This document shows, piece by piece, positions 10,055-21,441 of a stretch of 64,000 nucleotides of DNA. Source of the stretch: Oligoflexia bacterium (GTDB lineage: Bacteria > Bdellovibrionota > UBA1018); the NCBI GenBank assembly GCA_963758495.1, contig CAVWVI010000004.1, forward strand, positions 608,001 to 672,000, given 5' to 3'. A model generated the notes under the pieces. It made no database searches and was not told the DNA's origin. It saw only the letters and a list, made by a program, of their open reading frames with translations. Position 1 is the stretch's first letter, and the number at the start of each line of letters is the position of its first letter. The position numbers and the translations under genes are program-made.

Positions 10055-11429
10055 ATGTTAAACTCATCTGACGTCTCTCCAAACGGTAAAGCTAACGAGC
10101 CTCCTTTCGCTTTAGAGCGTTCCCAAATTCTGAAAGCATCGCGCGATTTCTTTAATCTAGCCCATAAAGCAAAACCGTTTGTCGCCGGGGAAACTTACAT
10201 TCCTGTCACGACTAAAGTAATGGACGCTGAGGATTTAGCATTTTTAGTCGACGCATCATTAGATATGTGGCTCACTTCTGGTCGATATGGTCGGAAGTTC
10301 GAATCAGAGCTTCCTAGATATTTTGACCGTAAAACCAGTGCACTTTTAGTAAACAGTGGTTCAAGTGCAAATCTTGTGGCAATTAGCTCATTAGGCGCGC
10401 CGATGATGCACGACCTTAAAATGAAGCCACTTCAAAAAGGCGATGAAGTCATTACGGTCGCTGCAGGCTTTCCGACGACTGTAAATCCAATTATCCAAAA
10501 TGGATGGATCCCTGTTTTCGTCGATGTAGATTTCAGGACAATCAACGCCACTCCTGAAGCCATCATGTCAGCACGGTCATCTAAAACTAGAGCTGTCGTT
10601 TTAGCTCATACGTTAGGAAATACTTACCGTTCCGACATCCTTGCCGATTGGTGTAAAAAAGAAGGACTTTATCTAGTTGAAGACTGCTGTGATGCATTCG
10701 GTGCCCGCATTGGAAATGCACCTGTCGGATCTTTTGGAGATTTTGCGACCTTAAGCTTTTATCCTGCTCACCACATTACTATGGGCGAAGGCGGAGCTGT
10801 TATACCCGCAAATGGCCGATTGAAGAGAGTCGCAGAAAGTATGCGTGATTGGGGTCGTGATTGCTGGTGTGAACCTGGAAAGGATAACACTTGCGGCAAG
10901 CGCTTCGATTGGACACTTGGCCAGCTTCCATGTGGTTACGATCACAAGTATACTTATTCTAATGTAGGTTATAATTTAAAAGTAACTGATATGCAGGCTG
11001 CTGTTGGTCTTTCTCAATTAGCAAAAATTGACAAGTTCGTTGCCGCACGCCGCTTAAATTGGCAGAAAATTTATCAAGGTATCAATCAATCGCCAACATT
11101 AAAAAATGCTCTTATTCCCGTATTAGCCTACAGAAGGAACAGAGCCTAGCTGGTTCGGATTTCCAATTCACTGTGCTTCAGGAGTAGATCGAGATCGCTT
11201 AGTTCGGATCTTAGAAGAAAAAAAGGTGGGAACGCGGCTCGTTTTTGCAGGTAATCTTACAAAGCAGCCTGCCTATCAAAACGTAGAATATAAAATCGCA
11301 CAGTCACTTGATGTAACCGATAGAATTATGAAAAATAGTTTTTGGATTGCTGTTCACCCTGCTCTGGATGATGCTCGAATTACTTATATGCTTGAACAAC
11401 TAGAGAATGCCATAAGGTCCATTTCATGA
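10055..11429 (+). CDS. rfbH: CDP-4-keto-6-deoxyglucose 3-dehydrase (DdhC/RfbH); +1 frameshift near 11127
   Basis: [49 protein letters not shown]; the next frame continues TEPSWFGFP...[16 protein letters not shown]. Confidence 0.9.
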
Positions 11430-12452
11430 AAAATTCAACCCCTCATTCTAGTGAAAAAACATGGTTAGATAAAAAAGTCTTCATAACAGGAAGTACCGGT
11501 TTACTAGGATCCCATCTGACTCGAATTTTACAAGAACAAGGAGCTGAGGTTGTTGCACTCGTTCGAGACAATTTACCTAAATCACTTTTTTATAATGAAG
11601 ATCCCGAGTGGTCTCTCTATAAGAAAGTGATTACCGTTCGAGGGAGTATTGAAGATTATTCTCTCATTGAGAGAACTCTAAACGAGTATGAAATTGATAC
11701 TGTTTTTCACTTAGCTGCTCAAACCATTGTAGGAACTGCAAATCGTAATCCAATTGCAACATTCAAAAGTAATATCGAAGGTACTTGGAATATATTAGAA
11801 GCTGCAAGAACACATAACCGTAAGATAAAGACGAGTTCTCATCGCATCCTCTGATAAAGCTTATGGAAATCTAAAGGGAGAATCTTATGACGAGACTTTT
11901 CCTCTAGCAGGCGAACATCCCTACGATGTTTCCAAGAGCTGTGCAGATCTTATTTCTCACACTTATTACAAGAGCTATGACTTACCTGTGGCTGTGACTC
12001 GGTGTGGAAATTTCTTTGGACCTGGAGATTTAAATTTCAATCGAATTATTCCTGGCACTGTTCGAGATGTTTTGGCGGACCGGAATCCCACTATTCGAAG
12101 TGATGGCAAATTTATTCGCGATTATATCTATGCATTAGATGGTGCCTATGCCTATTTAAGTTTAGCAGAAGCTATGACCGAACAGCAAAATGGCAAGACT
12201 AAATATGCCGGAGAAGCATTCAACTTTTCCTATGGCCTTCGACTCTCAGTCATCGACCTAGTTGAGAGAATCCTAGTATTGATGGGCAGAGAAGATTTAA
12301 AACCTCAAATCTTGAATGAAGCACATAACGAAATCCCAGTCCAAAGCTTAAATAGTACAAAAGCAAAGAATCTTCTCAATTGGAAGCCTAAATTTGGATT
12401 TGATGAAGGACTTAAGTTTACTATTGAGTGGTATAAAAAACTGTTATGGTAA
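11426..12452 (+). CDS. NDP-sugar 4,6-dehydratase (CDP-glucose 4,6-dehydratase-like); +1 frameshift near 11828
   Basis: [17 protein letters not shown], then in the shifted frame [34 protein letters not shown]. Confidence 0.8.
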
Positions 12453-12512
12453 TTAGATTTATTATCTATTCTTAAGTAATGGTTACGCAATGGCTAGGAT
12501 CGTTTTAAATTT

Positions 12513-13596
12513 TCAAAGATTGAGCTTAAAGCTATCCATGAATCCCTTAAAAACAGATTTTAGTTTTTCGGGTCGGCGATCCTCATAAAGAACCATTTTG
12601 ATGAATCGTTTAAAAATTGCAAAGCCTGCATGTCGCACCCAGGGATTTTCGCTAAGAAAATACTTTCTTGCTAATAGGCAAAAGTTTCGTATGACAAAAT
12701 ACCAACGGAAAGCAGGCTGGTTCATAGGATAAGCAGTGCGCCATAGAAAGCGTCTGAGTTCGCTTGATCCTATTTTATGATTTAAGATGGGCTTGGTGGT
12801 CTGAATAATGAAGTAGCCGAGGCCGCGAGCTCTTAGGCAATATTCATCATCCACATGATCAATAAATAGAGAATCTACAAATGGACCTATTATTTTGCAT
12901 CCAGAAATCGGAATTAAGCTCCCAGAAGAAATGACAGTAGTTTTTAAAAAATAGGGTAAACTTTGTCTGGTAATGGGTTCTGAATGTTTGCCTGTATTGA
13001 GGTCAAGGTAATTGCAGCCAATGACAGCCAGTTTTTCCTTTTGACCGAAAGAAGCAAAACAGTCTTGTACTGTATCTAAATAATGAGGGAGAACTTCTGA
13101 GTCTTGATCAAACAAAGCAATCCATTGTAAGTGCTCTTGTGTGATGAGTTTCTGAATTCCAATATTAAAACCAGATGCGATTCCCAAATTTTTATTATTT
13201 AATTGAAGAGCTGACTTGGCTGTTCTGTAAACTTTTTAGGAATTTTATTTCTTCTTCATTTGAACCATTGTCAACAATAATCACTTTAGAAACGTGGCTT
13301 AAGAGTTTATTGATAGCATCACGTAATTTGTGATTGGGATGGTAGGTCACCACAACCGCCCCTAGATTGGTTTTTTCAGGTCTAATTATGGATAGATTTG
13401 GGCCTAACGCTGTGGAGTTCGAAGCTATCGCTATCAACTTACCTAGGGCCCGGGCAAGGTACGCTTTAGAGAGTGCTGGATCTTTTAAAAAGTGTTTTAA
13501 TGTCATGAGAAGAAATCCTAGACCTCGATCTGTAGAATTGAGAAAGAGGGTCTTTTGGTGGATCGTGAGTTGTAATTCCCGACTTCTCAATAGCAA
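12513..13596 (-). CDS. Rhamnosyltransferase-like GT2; frameshift near 13213; probably the C-terminal domain of a fused protein
   Basis: AVVVTYHP and IVDNGS in one frame; NLGIASGFN, FDQDS, ISSGSLI, FIDHVDDEYCLR in the next. Confidence 0.75.
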
Positions 13597-14395
13597 ATGC
13601 TAAGGCTTTGGAACTTTTATAACGACTCACTGCAGTACCTATAATTCCAAGTGTTTGATCTGATTTTTTGAAGGAAAATCGTCCTGCATAGGGTGTAATT
13701 CCTAGCGTATTCGCACTGTGTTGGCGATAAGCGTAGAGTGGTTTGTTAATTGCTGTGATTCCCTGATGTGCGGCCGCTAGAATCGCCGCCCAATGATCGT
13801 GGAAGGGGACTTGTTCAGGAATTTGTGGGTAGCGCCTCCAGAGCTCAGCATCCATAAGAAGTGCAGCACCTGCAACGCAATTTCGAATCAAAAGGTGTTC
13901 AAGAGAGCATTGTTTAACGCCTCTTTTTTCAATTTTCCATCCTGTTGTTGAAGGGTCAATTAAATTTAGGTTTGTATCTTTTCCAAATAAAAGATGCATG
14001 TCGGAATGAACCAAGCTAAGTGGTGGTCGTTCTAATAGGGTGTGTCGAAGTATCTCCAGTTTTTCCGGGTACCAAATATCATCTTGGTCAGAGAATGCGA
14101 GTGTATCGATATTCAATTTCAAAGCAGTGCAGGCGGCAAATTGAAAATTTTGCTTAACGCCTAGGCAGGTTGAATTTTGTATCCAATGGAAGCGTGAATC
14201 TTTCCTAAAACGGGCAAAACCAGGGTTGTCCCAAATTTGATCTAGGGGAGAGTCGAACGTTACAATACACGCCCACTTTTCAAAACTCTGGCTTTGAATG
14301 CTCTCCAATTGAGCAAAAAATAGGTCAGTATCTGGCTTGAAAACCGCCAAGGCAATTCCAATATTTTCTATACGAGAATGACGCACAATTCTCAC
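13466..14395 (-). CDS. GT2, alpha-L-rhamnosyltransferase-like
   Basis: QLESIQSQ, FSDQDDIW.PEKL, HD.WAA, YRQHSANTLG. Confidence 0.8.
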   Translation of the reverse strand: MRIVRHSRIENIGIALAVFKPDTDLFFAQLESIQSQSFEKWACIVTFDSPLDQIWDNPGFARFRKDSRFHWIQNSTCLGVKQNFQFAACTALKLNIDTLAFSDQDDIWYPEKLEILRHTLLERPPLSLVHSDMHLLFGKDTNLNLIDPSTTGWKIEKRGVKQCSLEHLLIRNCVAGAALLMDAELWRRYPQIPEQVPFHDHWAAILAAAHQGITAINKPLYAYRQHSANTLGITPYAGRFSFKKSDQTLGIIGTAVSRYKSSKALAFAIEKSGITTHDPPKDPLSQFYRSRSRISSHDIKTLFKRSSTL

Positions 14396-14466
14396 AAGCT
14401 ATCAAACTACCGATTCTATTCAAAGCTCAAATATGTCTTGATTCTGTAGTTTCCAAGAAGATAGAA

Positions 14467-15453
14467 ATGGAAGTCATGCAAACAGTCTCGATTGTGATCC
14501 CTACTAAAAATGGGGGAGCTTTATTGAAAAGAGTAGTTGATGCGATTTTGACTCAAGATACTCAAGTTCCTTTTGATCTTTTACTGATAGATTCTGGCTC
14601 TACTGATGGTTTTAAGACATGGTTTAATAAGATTTCAAAGCGTGACCCCAGAATTCATCTCCATGAGATTAAACCTCGGGATTTTCAACATGGAAGAACA
14701 AGAAATCTTGCGATTCAGCGATGTAAAGGCGATTTGATAGCTTTACTGACCCAAGATGCATTACCTGCAGATCATCGTTGGCTAGATTCACTGATCAGTG
14801 GATTTAAAAAAAATGACCAAGTTGCAGGGGTCTTCGGTCGTCATATTGCTTATAGTTACGGTAGTCCGCTAGTGCATCGAGACATTAAATTTCATTTTGA
14901 CAGTTTAAACGCATTACCTAGTATTCATCGATATGAAGTTCAAAATAAAGACAAATATGAAAAAGACATAACTTATCGCCAAATGTTACATTTTTTTTCG
15001 AATAATAATTCTTGTATTCGAAGAGATATTTGGAGTTCATATCCATTTCCAGAGGTTGATTTTGCAGAGGACCAGGCTTGGGCTAAGTCCGTGATAGAGG
15101 CTGGTTATTCAATTGCGTATATACATGGGGCTTCAGTTTATCACTCACATGACTATAGCGTGAGTGAAACATTTAAAAGAAGTATGGATGAGTCGTTCGC
15201 ATTAAAAAAGCTCTTTGGTTATGTTTTCGTACCTTCGAAAAAAGCTCTTTTTAAAAAAACTATAAGAAGCACTGTTTTTGATTGGAGATATTTAATAAGG
15301 AGCCCTTATTCTATAAGTAAATTATTATGGCTATTTAAAAGTCCATTTTATAACTTTGCCAAATCTTTAGGACAGTACTTTGCCATTAAGTTCAATAATA
15401 ACCGTCCACTTAGTCCAATGGTTTCGCTAGATCAGAAAAAAAAGAGAATTTAA
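14467..15453 (+). CDS. GT2 rhamnosyltransferase-like
   Basis: SIVIPTKNGG, IDSGSTD, FQHGRTRN, LTQDALP, FFSNNNSC, AEDQ.WA, HSHDY. Confidence 0.85.
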   Translation: MEVMQTVSIVIPTKNGGALLKRVVDAILTQDTQVPFDLLLIDSGSTDGFKTWFNKISKRDPRIHLHEIKPRDFQHGRTRNLAIQRCKGDLIALLTQDALPADHRWLDSLISGFKKNDQVAGVFGRHIAYSYGSPLVHRDIKFHFDSLNALPSIHRYEVQNKDKYEKDITYRQMLHFFSNNNSCIRRDIWSSYPFPEVDFAEDQAWAKSVIEAGYSIAYIHGASVYHSHDYSVSETFKRSMDESFALKKLFGYVFVPSKKALFKKTIRSTVFDWRYLIRSPYSISKLLWLFKSPFYNFAKSLGQYFAIKFNNNRPLSPMVSLDQKKKRI

Positions 15454-15458
15454 AATTT

Positions 15459-16736
15459 ATGTTAAAGCATTATTTTATTCAGGCAAAAAAACGATTTGAA
15501 GCTGAAGGATTCTTAAGTTTGTTGCTTTTTTTAATAATTGGGGCACAACGGCGCATCTATTGGGTTTTGAATTGGAGACGTAAGTCTAATCATCCTGCAA
15601 AAAGATTTCAAATTGTATTAGATCATCCGCATCAGCTCCAATTAGAGAAGGTTCAAACTAACCTAAATCTACATCATATGACGTTAAATTGGCTCATTCC
15701 TGATTTTGATATAGGTTCAGGTGGTCATATGACTCTATTTCGAATATCTGAATTACTGCAAAAGATGGGTCATAGGAATATTCTCTGGGTTTATGGTGAC
15801 ACGCGGTTTTCAACGGGTTTGAGTGCAAAAAGTTTTATAAATAAAAATTTCTTACCTTATACCTGTGAAGTAAAAATCCTGAAAAAGAACTTTCATGAAG
15901 TTTGTGGAGATGTGGCGATTGCGACAGATTGTTGGAGCGTTTACCCCTTACGTTCAGTTACAAAAGTGAGAGCAAAGGCTTACTTTATACAGGATTATGA
16001 ATCTCTTTTTCGTCCGCGTGGCACAGAGTATTTTCTAACAGAAAATACTTATCGCGAAGGTTTGGAGCCAATTACAGCTGGGAAGTGGTTGAAAGAGGTT
16101 ATGAAAACACGATTTCAAGCAAAGGCGGCTTACTTTGATTTGGCTTATGATGCAGATACCTATCGCCAGTTAAATCAAATAAAGCGAATTCCTAGATCGA
16201 TAGCTTTTTATAGCAGGCAGCAAACTGCGAGGAGAGCAGTAGAATTAGGTCTTCTTGCTTTGGAAGAACTTCATAAGATGAATGTTTCATTTCAAGTTGA
16301 GTTTTACGGTGGATCTCTCGGAAAAATGCGTGTTCCCTATGCTTATAACAACCATGGAGTTTTGAACTCCTCACAGCTTGCAAACTTATATAATAAATGC
16401 CAGTTAGGTATGGTTTTTTCGGCTACTAATTATTCGCTGGTTCCTCAAGAGATGATGGCTTGTGGTCTGCCAGTATTGGAGTTAGATGGCGAAAATACCA
16501 GAGCAATATTTCCGAAAGAAGTTATTTGTCTTGCTCCGCCTAATCCCCATGATATAGCGCGGTTGATCGCAGAAAAATTAGCGAATCCAAAATTACTAGA
16601 AAGTCAGGCAAATGCGGCATTAGAGTATGTCAGTGTATTAAAATGGGAGAGAAGTGCTTGCCAGGTAGAAGATGCCCTTAAGAACATTTTACTAAAATTA
16701 ACAAAAGATCAGGACAGTCTATGTCGCATCAATTGA
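15459..16736 (+). CDS. GT4-like / WsaF-like rhamnosyltransferase
   Basis: GSGGHMT.FR, YFIQDYE, RRAVELG, TNYSLVPQEMMACGLPV. Confidence 0.75.
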   Translation: MLKHYFIQAKKRFEAEGFLSLLLFLIIGAQRRIYWVLNWRRKSNHPAKRFQIVLDHPHQLQLEKVQTNLNLHHMTLNWLIPDFDIGSGGHMTLFRISELLQKMGHRNILWVYGDTRFSTGLSAKSFINKNFLPYTCEVKILKKNFHEVCGDVAIATDCWSVYPLRSVTKVRAKAYFIQDYESLFRPRGTEYFLTENTYREGLEPITAGKWLKEVMKTRFQAKAAYFDLAYDADTYRQLNQIKRIPRSIAFYSRQQTARRAVELGLLALEELHKMNVSFQVEFYGGSLGKMRVPYAYNNHGVLNSSQLANLYNKCQLGMVFSATNYSLVPQEMMACGLPVLELDGENTRAIFPKEVICLAPPNPHDIARLIAEKLANPKLLESQANAALEYVSVLKWERSACQVEDALKNILLKLTKDQDSLCRIN

Positions 16737-18065
16737 AACACATAATGGATTTTCGTAATTTTCACGGCTATGTATTGTTTAAGACAAATAAGATTGAGAA
16801 GAGTAATGTACTAAAAGTGTTTCTTTACTGTCCAAATAGTCAAATCCTCATTAAAACTTTTGAGATAAAACGGCTATTGGGTTCTACTTATGTAGGATTT
16901 TTCCCTCATTCTTACCGAGGGCCTTGGGCTTCTGATTTGAAATTAATGAGTGCTAAAAATTGTTTTTTTAACCTCTACTCTAAATTATTTTTTTACTTCA
17001 TTTTTTCGTTAAAGAAGTGGGATATTTTAGGTATTTTTAAGTTACTTATTGATTTAATTTGCTATAGAAAAATAAAATTAAGAGGTGTTATCCGAGATTA
17101 TTTTAAGGTTAAGGAAATATCTCATCAATACAAAATAGTCTCTGAAAGTAAATTTCTTATTGAAACGGAAATACGGGAAGAAGATTTACTTATTGTTGCG
17201 TTCAACGGTAGTCGTAACCTGCTCACGAAGCAGGTTTGTTATTTTTCTCACTATGATCCTAATTGTACTGTAGATCCCTACGTTCTTAATTATCTAGATG
17301 CTTTGCTTAAAGTAGGATTTTCTATTGTGTTTATTTCAACGTGTCATTCTTTAGATAGAAAATCGCTCATTCAACTAGAGTCTCGTTGTTATAAAATTAT
17401 TTTGAGGAAGAATTTTGGGCTTGATTTTGGATCATGGGCGCTGGGCTTACTGTCTGTTCCTGTGAATAACGATAGTATTTTACTTTTTGCAAACGATTCA
17501 GTTTTCGGTCCTATTTTTGATTTAGAAGAAGTAATGACTCGATATAAAAAATCAGGACGCAGATTTATTCGGAATTACAGATTCATTTGAAATTGATTAT
17601 CATCTACAAAGTTATTTTTTGCTTTGCAGTACTCAATTTGTGAAGTCCGAGGCATTTCACAAGTTTTGGAAAGACTTTGAATTTACTGCAGATAAAGGAA
17701 GAATTATTCGTTGGTTTGAAATTGGATTTTCTGTGATGGCGATTAAAAATGGCTTCAAGTTGGACGCACTCTGCCGATATAGAGAAATATTCTCAAAAGT
17801 AAGTGATCTCAAAATTCCAAAAAAAGATATAGATCGAATTATTAAGTGTAAATTTGTAAATCCCACCCATTTTTTTTGGAAGGTATTAATGCAAGATTTC
17901 CATTCGCCATTTATTAAACGAGATCTATTAACCAATAACCCTGCTCAAATAGCTGACATTTCTCAATGGGCAAGCATCATTGAGAGCTCCTCTAAGTATT
18001 CATTAAAATTGATCCAAGACTACCTAAATAGAGAGAAGAACATAAAAAATTACATTCCTTCATAA
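16721..18065 (+). CDS. Rhamnan synthesis F (RgpF)-like protein; +1 frameshift in the A6 run at 17546-17551
   Basis: FSHYD, RKNFGLDFGSW, FANDSVFGP, then DLFGITDS...HLQSYF, FEIGFS, NPTHFFW, PFIKRDLL. Confidence 0.8.
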
Positions 18066-18079
18066 TTTTTTACTATTAT

Positions 18080-18670
18080 TTAATAATAATGCTCGGGAAA
18101 AATCTCTCGCTCAATTGTTTCGATTAAAATATGAACAATTTTGATATGAATTTCTTGGATACGATCACTGGAATCACCTGGAGCAATAATACTATGATCT
18201 ACTAACTCTAACAGCTTTCCCCCGCTACGCCCCAATAACCCTACAATCTTAATTGGGATTTTTTTTGCCGCAAGTACAGCCTGAACTAGGTTTTCAGAGT
18301 TTCCACTAGTCGAAAATACTAAAAGTAAATCCTTTGGATTTGCAAGGCCTATCAGCTGTCGTGAAAAAACATGGCTGAAACCATAATCATTTGAAACACA
18401 GGTAAGGTGACTAGAATCTCCAAGAGCTAATGCTCCAAGAGGCGCACGGTCTTTTCTATAACGTCCAGTCAACTCTTCAGCAAAGTGCATGGCATCACAA
18501 TGAGACCCTCCATTTCCACAGCTAAACACATTACCTTTTCTCTGAAATGTCTCGATCATAAGCTCGGATATTTCACTCAGACGCCAAATATTCTCATCTG
18601 ACTCAAGGAATCGTGTCAGCACACTTGAAGCTTCATTTAAGGACGATCGCCAAACATCAGATATTATCAT
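18080..18670 (-). CDS. gmhA: D-sedoheptulose 7-phosphate isomerase
   Basis: CGNGGSHCDAMHFAEELTGRY, NDYGF..VFSRQ, STSGNSEN, DRIQEIH. Confidence 0.93.
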   Translation of the reverse strand: MIISDVWRSSLNEASSVLTRFLESDENIWRLSEISELMIETFQRKGNVFSCGNGGSHCDAMHFAEELTGRYRKDRAPLGALALGDSSHLTCVSNDYGFSHVFSRQLIGLANPKDLLLVFSTSGNSENLVQAVLAAKKIPIKIVGLLGRSGGKLLELVDHSIIAPGDSSDRIQEIHIKIVHILIETIEREIFPEHYY

Positions 18671-18704
18671 TAGGGGCCTCTTTGATTAATCGATGACATC
18701 ACAC

Positions 18705-20555
18705 CTATGATTTGGGTTTTATTATACATAAAGAGCGAGTTGAAAAATTAGGTAATGCAAAAAAAGCCAAGGATTGGTCAGAACTGATTATCGGAGTTTC
18801 TCCTAAGGCTTCCATTAATGCATTTTCCAATTTCGCCCCATGATCAACATAGCCTCGACGGTTTATTTGAATCCCAGAGTAACCCATTTCTCTCAGACGA
18901 ACCAGATCCAAAGGCTCAGTGCTCGCTCTTTGAATAAGATCTTGTTCTGGCCGCCCTCGAATTGATCCAAAGCTCCAGCGCAACTGCGGTGCGTGTAAGA
19001 ACGCTTTAAAATGTTCGTATTCCTTCATTTTTCCTACTGGTGGCGCTTCCGGAAATGCAGTAAATGGCATCTGCAGGATGGCCGCTTCTTCTTGACAGTG
19101 ATTCCTCACTTCACGAAAAAAAGCTTGGTCAGAATTGAATTGGGATGCCCGATGAAATGTTTCCTTAGGAATTTGATCTAAGAGTATTAAAGGTATAAGT
19201 GCAAAGGCAACAATTGTTCCAGCTCCTTTTGGTAACCGATCAAAAAGCCTCTGAAGAACGTTTCCGCAAGCCAGCAAACAAAAAGCTGCAATAAAAACAC
19301 TGATCCGATTAGGTGAACGAAAAATGGGAGAAACCAAGCACGCGAAAATCATGCTAAATCCACCTATAGAGCCGTAAAGAACTCCAACCAAGACTAATGA
19401 GGCTAATCTATTTGTAATGTCTTTTTCTGTACTTTGATTAGACCTTACAATTGCATTCACAAGCAATAATATAAGTCCAAAAACTGAAAGTATACCCATA
19501 TACTCACCAGCACCCTCGACTCCTGGGTTAGATGGGATATACTTTTCTCCTAGAAATCCGAAAGGACGAATTCTTTCAGTATTCGGAGGAAATATTAAAT
19601 TTGTTAATTTTAGTCCTGTAATTTCACTTTCTCTAGGATCTCGAGAAATAAGTTGGAAATTCTTACCATGTTTTTTTTGATAAATAATCGACGGGGCAGC
19701 ACTCATAAGACTTGCCACCATAATAAGAAAGACAGAAACTACTCCACACAAAGCAGGTTTACGCCAATTACCTTTACAGCTTGCGATCAAAACTCCGGCA
19801 CTAAGAAAAATACAGAAGAAAAAACTATAATAAACTCCGGTACAAGCGGCCATAAAAAGGCCGATTGCAATGAAGACATCTTGTCGCAAGATTTTGAATT
19901 TTTTTGACTTTGCACTTAACTCTTCTCTATTTATCCAACTGGTAAACGGCGGATCCAATGAAAAAAGTTTCAGAACGACAAATATGTAAAACGGAACAAA
20001 ATAATATGCAGACAAAAATAGATGACTATACCTTTGAAAATGATAAGGGAGAAAAGCATACGAAATGGAGATCAAAATACTAACACCACGCTTAATTCCT
20101 AAGAATCGGGCAAGTGCAAAAAAGGCCAGTCCACAAAGTATGTAACATAGAATATAATAAATATTATATATAACAAATGTATTATGCGTAAAAAGTGCAA
20201 TTAATTTAAACAAGCAAAACTGTAACTGATCTCCACTTGGATAATCTGACATATTATATTCATAAGGTGCTCCAAGTCTTATTGAGCGAATTTCACCAAA
20301 AGGGAGCCAATCTCCTAATGATAGAGTCTGAATGAACGCACTGACAGCGACGGCATCATTGTCATAATTAAGGGGCATGTAAATTCCACGAAACAAACCC
20401 CCAACTGATTTCATAAGAACCAAGTGGAATAACACAATGACCACAAAGACAATAAAAGTCATCGAGAAATAATCCTTCAGGCGGGGCGTACTTAAAGAAC
20501 AAATCAATCGTTTCATAAGAAGGATTAATGATACACAAATAGATAAAACTTTCAA
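18705..20555 (-). CDS. Multi-pass membrane protein, probable GT-C glycosyltransferase
   Basis: Many TM segments; RLGAPY...DYP, FLPYHF.R..H, VYYSFF, RS.NRISVFI, FPE motifs with a periplasmic C-terminal domain. Confidence 0.6.
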   Translation of the reverse strand: MKVLSICVSLILLMKRLICSLSTPRLKDYFSMTFIVFVVIVLFHLVLMKSVGGLFRGIYMPLNYDNDAVAVSAFIQTLSLGDWLPFGEIRSIRLGAPYEYNMSDYPSGDQLQFCLFKLIALFTHNTFVIYNIYYILCYILCGLAFFALARFLGIKRGVSILISISYAFLPYHFQRYSHLFLSAYYFVPFYIFVVLKLFSLDPPFTSWINREELSAKSKKFKILRQDVFIAIGLFMAACTGVYYSFFFCIFLSAGVLIASCKGNWRKPALCGVVSVFLIMVASLMSAAPSIIYQKKHGKNFQLISRDPRESEITGLKLTNLIFPPNTERIRPFGFLGEKYIPSNPGVEGAGEYMGILSVFGLILLLVNAIVRSNQSTEKDITNRLASLVLVGVLYGSIGGFSMIFACLVSPIFRSPNRISVFIAAFCLLACGNVLQRLFDRLPKGAGTIVAFALIPLILLDQIPKETFHRASQFNSDQAFFREVRNHCQEEAAILQMPFTAFPEAPPVGKMKEYEHFKAFLHAPQLRWSFGSIRGRPEQDLIQRASTEPLDLVRLREMGYSGIQINRRGYVDHGAKLENALMEALGETPIISSDQSLAFFALPNFSTRSLCIIKPKS

Positions 20556-20818
20556 TCAAACGTTATAATTTTTATTATAAAATATGCTTTTAATGATATT
20601 AAGATCAATGAAACCACTCTTGTGAATACCATCAAAAACAAACTATCCTCCGGCGTAAATGATAACCAGAGTGTAAGCTCCAAAACCTGACGAAACACTC
20701 TTCAAGTGCCTTGACTTCATAATCTACAACAAGCAGTCTAATTCCCTAACATGTTTAATCACATTGACGTATAAATCTTCGCAATCTTTCCAAAGTTGCT
20801 TGAATTCATCTAGTAGAA

Positions 20819-21265
20819 CTATAAAGATGTATCCAATTGGGCCAGTTTTGACTTTACTTCGAAAAAGGTCTCATAATCTCGAATGTAGTCGGATTCATCA
20901 TAGTGGTCACTCGCAAAAACAAGACAAATGGATCCGGGGTCAAAATTAACCTCACTTGCCCAAATCATGGGAGGAACATGCAAACCCAGCCAAGGTCTGT
21001 TCAGGTGTACAGTTCTCTTATTTTTACCATCATCTAAAGCAACATCGAAACTACCAGAAATACACACTAAAAATTGGTGAAGTTTTCGATGAGCATGAGC
21101 TCCACGACTTTCTGCCGTAGGGACATCATAAATGTAAAACACTCGTTTAATTTCAAATGGAATATGTTTTCCACTCTCTACAAAAGTCAAACTCCCTCGA
21201 GGGTCACGTATTCTTGGCAATTGCAAAAGCTGATCATATTTCATTGTCATTTTAGATTGCACCAA
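20819..21265 (-). CDS. fdtA: dTDP-4-keto-6-deoxyglucose 3,4-ketoisomerase (FdtA/QdtA cupin)
   Basis: DPRGSL, PFEIKRVFYIYDVP, RGAHAH, YDESDYIRDY. Confidence 0.88.
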   Translation of the reverse strand: MVQSKMTMKYDQLLQLPRIRDPRGSLTFVESGKHIPFEIKRVFYIYDVPTAESRGAHAHRKLHQFLVCISGSFDVALDDGKNKRTVHLNRPWLGLHVPPMIWASEVNFDPGSICLVFASDHYDESDYIRDYETFFEVKSKLAQLDTSL

Positions 21266-21441
21266 ATGGACGTATTATGTAGTCGCATGTTTTTAAACTC
21301 ATATTTGCCAGATTATTTTAAGCACGCTACATTTTTATTTGCCAATGATCAATTGAGAAGATTCCTAACCCCCTTATTGTAGATTTCAGCCAATATTGTA
21401 AAAAATTCACTTCAATATTACCTTGCAAACTCTCCAGCTCT

